From: a phage
Direction: 5' to 3' (one strand)
Sequence record: PV805630.1
Length of the DNA stretch: 64,000 bases
Position numbers and translations under genes: made by a program. This document shows positions 58,750 through 64,000 of the stretch, piece after piece (the stretch's first letter is position 1; each line of letters starts with the position of its first letter). The notes under the pieces are model-generated. The model did not search any database. It was not told the DNA's origin and saw only the letters and a list, made by a program, of their open reading frames with translations.

Positions 58750-59271
58750 CTATTCAAAAAGTTTACGGTCAGCCTGAATTTGTTTACCCAACTCAATTAG
58801 TTGGTTGTCACGGAGTCTAACAGTTGCCCGGAGTTCTTCAACCAAACGTCTGCCTTCTTCAAGACTGTTGTCGAGTCTGGCTGCATGGCTTGCAAGACTT
58901 CTGCACTCAAGGGTTCCGGCTTCGGCTTGACGTTTATATACCGATGCTCGTCTTTCAGACTGTTGCATCCGGCTGTCGTAATCACTGCTAACGCGAGCAA
59001 GCTCGCTTGCGTAATTACTCTCAGCCGTCTGCAACCGGGAAGTGAGTAACCCGACTTCATAACTATGGTTTCTTTGGAGAGCATTGTATTTGTCCTGTAG
59101 TTTTTGTGTTGCCTTCTGGTCTTCAACCTTTTGGGCATCCCACTTCTTTTGAACAGTAGACTGTCCATTGGAATTGCCCCAAAAGTAAATGGTGGCCCCG
59201 AGGACCACCACCAGAAGATAAGGCCAACCTTTAGAGATTAGCATCTTCATTACATGCCTCCAGTGGTACAT
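58750..59271 (-). CDS. i-spanin (Rz-like)
   Basis: N-terminal [18 protein letters not shown] followed by coiled-coil-rich periplasmic domain; directly downstream of endolysin. Confidence 0.65.
   Translation of the reverse strand: MYHWRHVMKMLISKGWPYLLVVVLGATIYFWGNSNGQSTVQKKWDAQKVEDQKATQKLQDKYNALQRNHSYEVGLLTSRLQTAESNYASELARVSSDYDSRMQQSERRASVYKRQAEAGTLECRSLASHAARLDNSLEEGRRLVEELRATVRLRDNQLIELGKQIQADRKLFE
58797..59060 (-). CDS. o-spanin (Rz1-like lipoprotein) embedded in the i-spanin gene in another frame
   Basis: [32 protein letters not shown] signal peptide with lipobox Cys; entirely inside the Rz-like ORF. Confidence 0.55.
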   Translation of the reverse strand: MKSGYSLPGCRRLRVITQASLLALAVITTAGCNSLKDEHRYINVKPKPEPLSAEVLQAMQPDSTTVLKKADVWLKNSGQLLDSVTTN

Positions 59272-59866
59272 TACCGATTCGGTTAGCTACCCAACCATAC
59301 GTAAAGTCTGGCATGTTCAATGAGGTGTAGTGGTTCAGTTGTTTAGCATCAAGTAACTTAATCATTACCTGACATGCTGCAACTTTGCCTCGTTTTTTCT
59401 GCAATGCTTTATATGCATTAACAGTACCTGCACCGACTTTACCATCAACTTGTATTTTAGGGTAGTCTTTGCCATCACGGGACATTTCATTAAGTGACTG
59501 TTGTAACCACTTAGCTGGTCTGGTTACACCGGTATTAACACCAGCATCAACCAGTTTGTGTGTTACAGCAGGAGATATATCAGCGAAGGCTACGAAGTTA
59601 GGCTTAATAACGTAGTCATCAATGTATATCTCAGCAGCCATCTCTTTAGATAAACCCTTCATGGAACCATCCCAACCATACTCAGTAGCCAGAACTTCTT
59701 TATGAGACTTAGCTACTGATTGGGTAATTCCATGATTAGTTTCCCCACCTGGGTCACGAGGATTGTTTACGTACCCTCCTTCCATATAGAACACTGCCCC
59801 CAGAATAGCAGCGATAACTCCTCCCACTGCACCCCCTTTTGCAGCAAGTTTCTGTTTAGCTTTCAT
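59231..59866 (-). CDS. Endolysin, GH108-type N-acetylmuramidase with N-terminal signal-anchor (SAR-like)
   Basis: EGGYVNNPRDPGGETNHGIT GH108 signature; N-terminal Gly/Ala-rich hydrophobic segment GGAVGGVIAAILGAVFY. Confidence 0.75.
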   Translation of the reverse strand: MKAKQKLAAKGGAVGGVIAAILGAVFYMEGGYVNNPRDPGGETNHGITQSVAKSHKEVLATEYGWDGSMKGLSKEMAAEIYIDDYVIKPNFVAFADISPAVTHKLVDAGVNTGVTRPAKWLQQSLNEMSRDGKDYPKIQVDGKVGAGTVNAYKALQKKRGKVAACQVMIKLLDAKQLNHYTSLNMPDFTYGWVANRIGNVPLEACNEDANL

Positions 59867-60116
59867 GAGAATCTTCCTTTGGATGGAATCGTATTAGTCT
59901 GCCCACAATATTTAAAGCAAACAGTGCGATTGTAATACTGGAACCATGTGGAATATCTTCAAGGATGTGACGAGGTAGTCCCGTCAGCATTGGTTGGATA
60001 ATATCTACTGTAGAAAACAGAATTAATCCAAATGCACTAATCTGAACAGATGCCCACTTCCAGGACTTCTTCCAGTTAGGAACTAGCCCTATTTTTCTTT
60101 TTAGCTTGCGAACCAT
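59856..60116 (-). CDS. Holin-like small membrane protein (86 aa from internal ATG; ORF track 59856-60182)
   Basis: Two predicted TM segments; immediately upstream of endolysin. Confidence 0.45.
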   Translation of the reverse strand: MVRKLKRKIGLVPNWKKSWKWASVQISAFGLILFSTVDIIQPMLTGLPRHILEDIPHGSSITIALFALNIVGRLIRFHPKEDSHES

Positions 60117-60433
60117 GCGAATATCTCCCGTCTTGCAGCAGCCAATACACCAATAATTGCACCTGCTCCAGCCCACACCCACTTACCAAAAATTCCAGCA
60201 CCTGCAACCTTATGTTTAATGGTGATGAACTCTTCGATGGTAGGTTCAGACTTAGTGATGCTCTCCTCTACCCGTCTAAGTCGGGTACTAAGATCACCCA
60301 TAGACTCGCTTAGCTTTTTAATAGACTCATCCATTTTCTCCCTTTCCCTCGATTCACGAGTTTGGTTTTCGAAAATGTTTCTCAGTCTCTCTTCGAGTCG
60401 GGCTAGAGTTACGTTATCTGGTTCATTTCCCAT
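60101..60433 (-). CDS. Small membrane protein with C-terminal TM anchor (holin/antiholin candidate)
   Basis: Charged coiled-coil N-terminal region and C-terminal GAGIFGKWVWAGAGAIIGVLAAA. Confidence 0.45.
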   Translation of the reverse strand: MGNEPDNVTLARLEERLRNIFENQTRESREREKMDESIKKLSESMGDLSTRLRRVEESITKSEPTIEEFITIKHKVAGAGIFGKWVWAGAGAIIGVLAAARREIFAWFAS

Positions 60434-60500
60434 AGGGATTTTCTCAGGTTAGTTAAGTCGTAATTGACTGAAACAGTCTACATAAAGGTTTGATTGGGGT

Positions 60501-60530
60501 ACAACAAAAAAGCCCCTCCCTCATGGGCTT
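60501..60530 (-). terminator. Intrinsic terminator (minus strand)
   Basis: AAGCCC...GGGCTT hairpin with T-run on minus strand. Confidence 0.45.
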
Positions 60531-60555
60531 CGAAGATTAAATACTTTTTCTGATG

Positions 60556-60581
60556 ATAAAAATAACCCCGCCGAAGCGGGG
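60556..60581 (-). terminator. Intrinsic terminator downstream of tailspike gene
   Basis: CCCCGC-TTCG-GCGGGG (minus-strand reading) followed by TTATTTTT. Confidence 0.55.
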
Positions 60582-60609
60582 CATAATTTTAGTTAACTGC
60601 TATGCCAGA

Positions 60610-63165
60610 TTAGCCCACATTACCAATAGTCATGCTGTACTCAAGAGTAAATAACTGACTAGAAGCAGACGTGTTATATAATCCTACATAACCAGATGTA
60701 GCTACAGTAGTAGAGAATGCAGACGTAGTTGCCGTGCCATCATCTGACTCTACGGTAAAGGTATGAGCACCAGTAGAGGCGGAAGTATATTCCCATACTT
60801 TAAAGCCTTTATCTTCACGAGTAGTATCACCAAATACTACCCAGTCAGTTGGGTTAGTATTGTTGAACGTACCGATGCACATATTACCTGCAGCATTCAC
60901 ACCGACTAACACACCAACATTAGTAAGTGGGTTATAGTTAAGTGCAATATAGGTGTTTTTCTTAAGACCTTTCGGTACAGCCAGATAACCTACAGATGCA
61001 CCATTATAAAGGTGAGAGTCTGCGGTTTTACTGAACTGAGTACCAGACAAAACTTCACCAAATACACCATAGTCATTGGCGTTAGACTGCTTCATTACTG
61101 GAGCAGGGCGGGTCATGTTAGGTTCTTTGCTAAGACGAACCATCGGCAGCTTAACCCCATCCGTTTTGTAAGAACCAAACTTCAGCATAGGGAAGTAAGC
61201 ATCAGTAGGACTACCATCAATGATATAACGGATAAAGTTCAAACCTTTACGTAATCGCCCCATATAGGTAGTAAGGGTTTTGCCACCCCCAAAGTAACTC
61301 ATGGCAGTCTTGCCATTAAGCACGGTACGGTAGGCATTAATTTGAGTATTACGCTCTTGGTATTCACCGGACTCAATCAATGCTTTGCCCGCAGGAGACT
61401 CAACACGGATGTTGTGCTGTTGCCCAACAACGGCAGCATTAGTCCATGGTTCTAGAAGGGATACAGTCATACCTTCTTCTTCACACCATACCATTGTGGT
61501 CATGGTTACATTTTCATTAGTTACACACTTAGACAGAAAACGGAATACGTTCAGAGCAGGAGCACCAGATACAGGTACATACTGTGGTGCATAGTGAGTA
61601 CCGGAAGGATACCCTACACAATCCCAATAGTTTTCTACAGCAGCCTGAGTGATCATATCCCCCGGTCTAACACGACGACAGTACTTATTACCAAGGGTCT
61701 GCATATACATCGCATTACCCATAGCCATTTGTCCAAGTTCTTGTGGGTGAGTAGTATCCCAGGTTCCATCCTTCTTAACATAGTAGTAGTACCCAGTTTG
61801 CTCATTGCGGCTACTTGCACTAGTCAGATTTGGTCCCAAGTTAAAATACTCAACACCTAGTTTATCTGCCATGTACTTCTTAGTACTAAGCTCAAATGCC
61901 ATACGTACTGAGTCATTATCGTTGACTGTTACAATACCAACGGCACAACCGTAGCCCCATGCTTTACGAACAAACTTGTCAATCTGGTCACGGTAGGTAG
62001 CGATACTAGCACTACTGTCATTCCAACCCATTGCAAGGATACATACACGAGGAGCTTCTGCACCATAGCGTGTGTTACCGAAGAACCCACGGTCGAAGTT
62101 ACGATAGCCCCAACCGTCGGATAACTTCTTACCAGATACGGAACAGTTAGCTGATTGGTAAATAGTTTCACCACTACGACGAGACTGTGTGAGCAACAAG
62201 CCATTCATCCAGTGTTCAGTCCATGAGTGGGAACCCCCAGATAAAGAATGATTGTATGTACTTGGGGCATCTAAGTCACCATCTGAGTTAGTTGGCGGAG
62301 AACTCCAATCCTGTTTACCCCATGCACCATCAGTAATGGAATCGCCAATGATACCGATACGACAAAATGTCTGGTCACGGAATGCACAGTATATTTCGTC
62401 ATTAACGGTTTTATTGTTACCATTCATTGAAGCAGCAATGTCAAACGTATGGTCCTTTGCATACCACTGGTTTTTAACAATAAGTTTGCCTTCCCCAACA
62501 AACTTACGGACATCATCATCGGGTAGTAAGTTACAACGAATGGTAACACCCTTAGGGATAAAGATTTTACCGGGGAAAGCATAAGCAGCTGCACGGTTAT
62601 CCGTAGTAGTATTAACAACAATGCCAGGAACATCATATACGGAAGTAGAACCAACAGGAGGAATTAGCCCATTGTTTAATTCTTGTCGTATTAATTCATC
62701 ATTAGCAATAACCCATGCAGTGGGAGAAATACCACCTGCACTAAACGGAGTAGAGTTAAGTGGTACGCTCTTGGGTAACCCACCAGCCCAGCGATACTGC
62801 GTGCCATTATGAGTAAGCAATTCATTCTTGGTCTGTATAACTGAGCCAGAAGTAAACGTATCCGGTAAAGTTACATATTCTTTGCGAGTAACAGCTAATG
62901 CACCTAAGTCCACGCTACCAGCAGAGTGAACTAATACACCAGCAGGACTAAGGCTTATAGCAGTAACCCCTGAACCAATGTCAGCAGGTAAGGAATAAGC
63001 ACGTTGTGTCTCTTTGTCGTAGATGACTTTATATCCACTTAGTACAGCACCCTCTGAGAAGTAAACAACCTCTGATTGCTTAACCCCGAAGTGACGGGCT
63101 ACTGCTTGTTTATTGGTTAAGATTCCAGTTGAACCCTTACCACCTTGTGAGAACATTTCGTTCAT
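60610..63165 (-). CDS. Tailspike/tail protein with central SGNH-hydrolase (esterase) domain (851 aa)
   Basis: SGNH blocks GDSITDG, GWND and DTTHP in order within the central region (about nt 61700-62400). Confidence 0.75.
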   Translation of the reverse strand: MNEMFSQGGKGSTGILTNKQAVARHFGVKQSEVVYFSEGAVLSGYKVIYDKETQRAYSLPADIGSGVTAISLSPAGVLVHSAGSVDLGALAVTRKEYVTLPDTFTSGSVIQTKNELLTHNGTQYRWAGGLPKSVPLNSTPFSAGGISPTAWVIANDELIRQELNNGLIPPVGSTSVYDVPGIVVNTTTDNRAAAYAFPGKIFIPKGVTIRCNLLPDDDVRKFVGEGKLIVKNQWYAKDHTFDIAASMNGNNKTVNDEIYCAFRDQTFCRIGIIGDSITDGAWGKQDWSSPPTNSDGDLDAPSTYNHSLSGGSHSWTEHWMNGLLLTQSRRSGETIYQSANCSVSGKKLSDGWGYRNFDRGFFGNTRYGAEAPRVCILAMGWNDSSASIATYRDQIDKFVRKAWGYGCAVGIVTVNDNDSVRMAFELSTKKYMADKLGVEYFNLGPNLTSASSRNEQTGYYYYVKKDGTWDTTHPQELGQMAMGNAMYMQTLGNKYCRRVRPGDMITQAAVENYWDCVGYPSGTHYAPQYVPVSGAPALNVFRFLSKCVTNENVTMTTMVWCEEEGMTVSLLEPWTNAAVVGQQHNIRVESPAGKALIESGEYQERNTQINAYRTVLNGKTAMSYFGGGKTLTTYMGRLRKGLNFIRYIIDGSPTDAYFPMLKFGSYKTDGVKLPMVRLSKEPNMTRPAPVMKQSNANDYGVFGEVLSGTQFSKTADSHLYNGASVGYLAVPKGLKKNTYIALNYNPLTNVGVLVGVNAAGNMCIGTFNNTNPTDWVVFGDTTREDKGFKVWEYTSASTGAHTFTVESDDGTATTSAFSTTVATSGYVGLYNTSASSQLFTLEYSMTIGNVG

Positions 63166-63314
63166 ATAAACCTCTTTGTTTTTCTAGGAAACCCCTCCGA
63201 AGAGGGGATAGTGTTACAGGGAAACAGATGCATGGAATAACTTTCCTGATACCACCCATTCAGAAAGGCTATCTTAGAGATAGCCTTTAAGAAAAATTGA
63301 GTGAAAAGCAGTGC

Positions 63315-64000
63315 TTACGCACTGCCTAATACACGTTGGGATAATGCTGCGATACAGAAGCAAGACAGTTCTGCATAGTTAACACCATACATATCTGCTT
63401 CAGCATCATAGGTAACGAGAGAGTAATCCAGAGTATTTAACCCATGTTTCTCCATAATTAGCATGACTTCTTGCGCCAGACAACCGAAGTGATACTTGTC
63501 TGCTTCCGTATCTGTCCACTTGAACTTAATCATGCTAGAGGACAACTCTAGGCCAGCATGGTATTCAGCCTTGGTAATCTCGTATACATCCTTGCATCGC
63601 CCATCAGACGTCTGAATAACACCATTTGTAGCAAAGACTGTCTGCCATCTACGGCTAGATTGACCACAGGTTCTTGTGTTATCAATCTGAGGTGCTACAC
63701 TCCCATCTATACGGAGATAGTTATTCTCACTCTGAGCACCACCCATAGTACCTTCTATGAAAGGCAAGCCAGTGTGATTGTTAATAATTAGCGTATTAGA
63801 CTTCTCACTATCAATACCTGCACCTGCATCCGCACCAATGAAGATGTTACCAGATCCGCTAGGTAACTTACGTCCTGCCCTTGCTCCAACAATAGTATTC
63901 AACTCACCAGAGGTAAAAGAGGTTAAGGTGTCAACACCAACAGCCGTGTTAAAGCTACCTTCCATCGTACCAGTAAAACTGTTACTCTCTGAGCTTACAC
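63315..64000 (-). CDS. Tail fibre protein, C-terminal part with intramolecular chaperone (peptidase S74-like); N-terminus beyond window
   Basis: TSDGRCKDV matches the S-D-x-R-x-K autoproteolysis motif; ORF open to window edge. Confidence 0.6.
   Translation of the reverse strand, partial: VSSESNSFTGTMEGSFNTAVGVDTLTSFTSGELNTIVGARAGRKLPSGSGNIFIGADAGAGIDSEKSNTLIINNHTGLPFIEGTMGGAQSENNYLRIDGSVAPQIDNTRTCGQSSRRWQTVFATNGVIQTSDGRCKDVYEITKAEYHAGLELSSSMIKFKWTDTEADKYHFGCLAQEVMLIMEKHGLNTLDYSLVTYDAEADMYGVNYAELSCFCIAALSQRVLGSA

Noticed and set aside
1-64000. CRISPR array, integrase or repressor module, toxin-antitoxin pair
   Set aside because: No regularly spaced direct repeats and no recombinase or repressor-like ORFs found; gene content is that of a lytic N4-like phage.

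Overview
This 64-kb window has the gene order of an N4-like podovirus (Schitoviridae) genome, read from near the left end to the tail genes. Positions 1-33.7 kb are plus-strand early, middle and DNA-metabolism genes: many small ORFs, a two-subunit T7-like RNA polymerase II, a gp17-like Ig-domain protein, a MoxR-like ATPase with a VWA partner, dCTP deaminase, a ThyX-like protein, rIIA/rIIB-like proteins, a Dda-like helicase, a family-A DNA polymerase, nuclease, primase-like protein, SSB and a RuvC-like resolvase. Positions 33.75-34.87 kb are a ~1.1-kb ORF-free, hairpin-rich stretch carrying three tRNA T-arm-like motifs. Positions 35.6-64 kb are minus-strand late genes: a 3759-aa virion RNA polymerase, internal virion proteins, major capsid protein, portal, a lysis cassette, an SGNH-esterase tailspike and a partial tail fibre. 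The most notable points are the DNA polymerase split into two ORFs around an HNH endonuclease gene (one of three HNH genes in the window), the tRNA-like non-coding block, and a family of GC-TCC-GC 3-nt-loop hairpins upstream of early genes that fit N4-type virion-RNAP promoters. All annotations are from reading the sequence and recalled family motifs; no database search was run. Coordinates of hand-mapped hairpins and motifs may be off by 1-2 nt.
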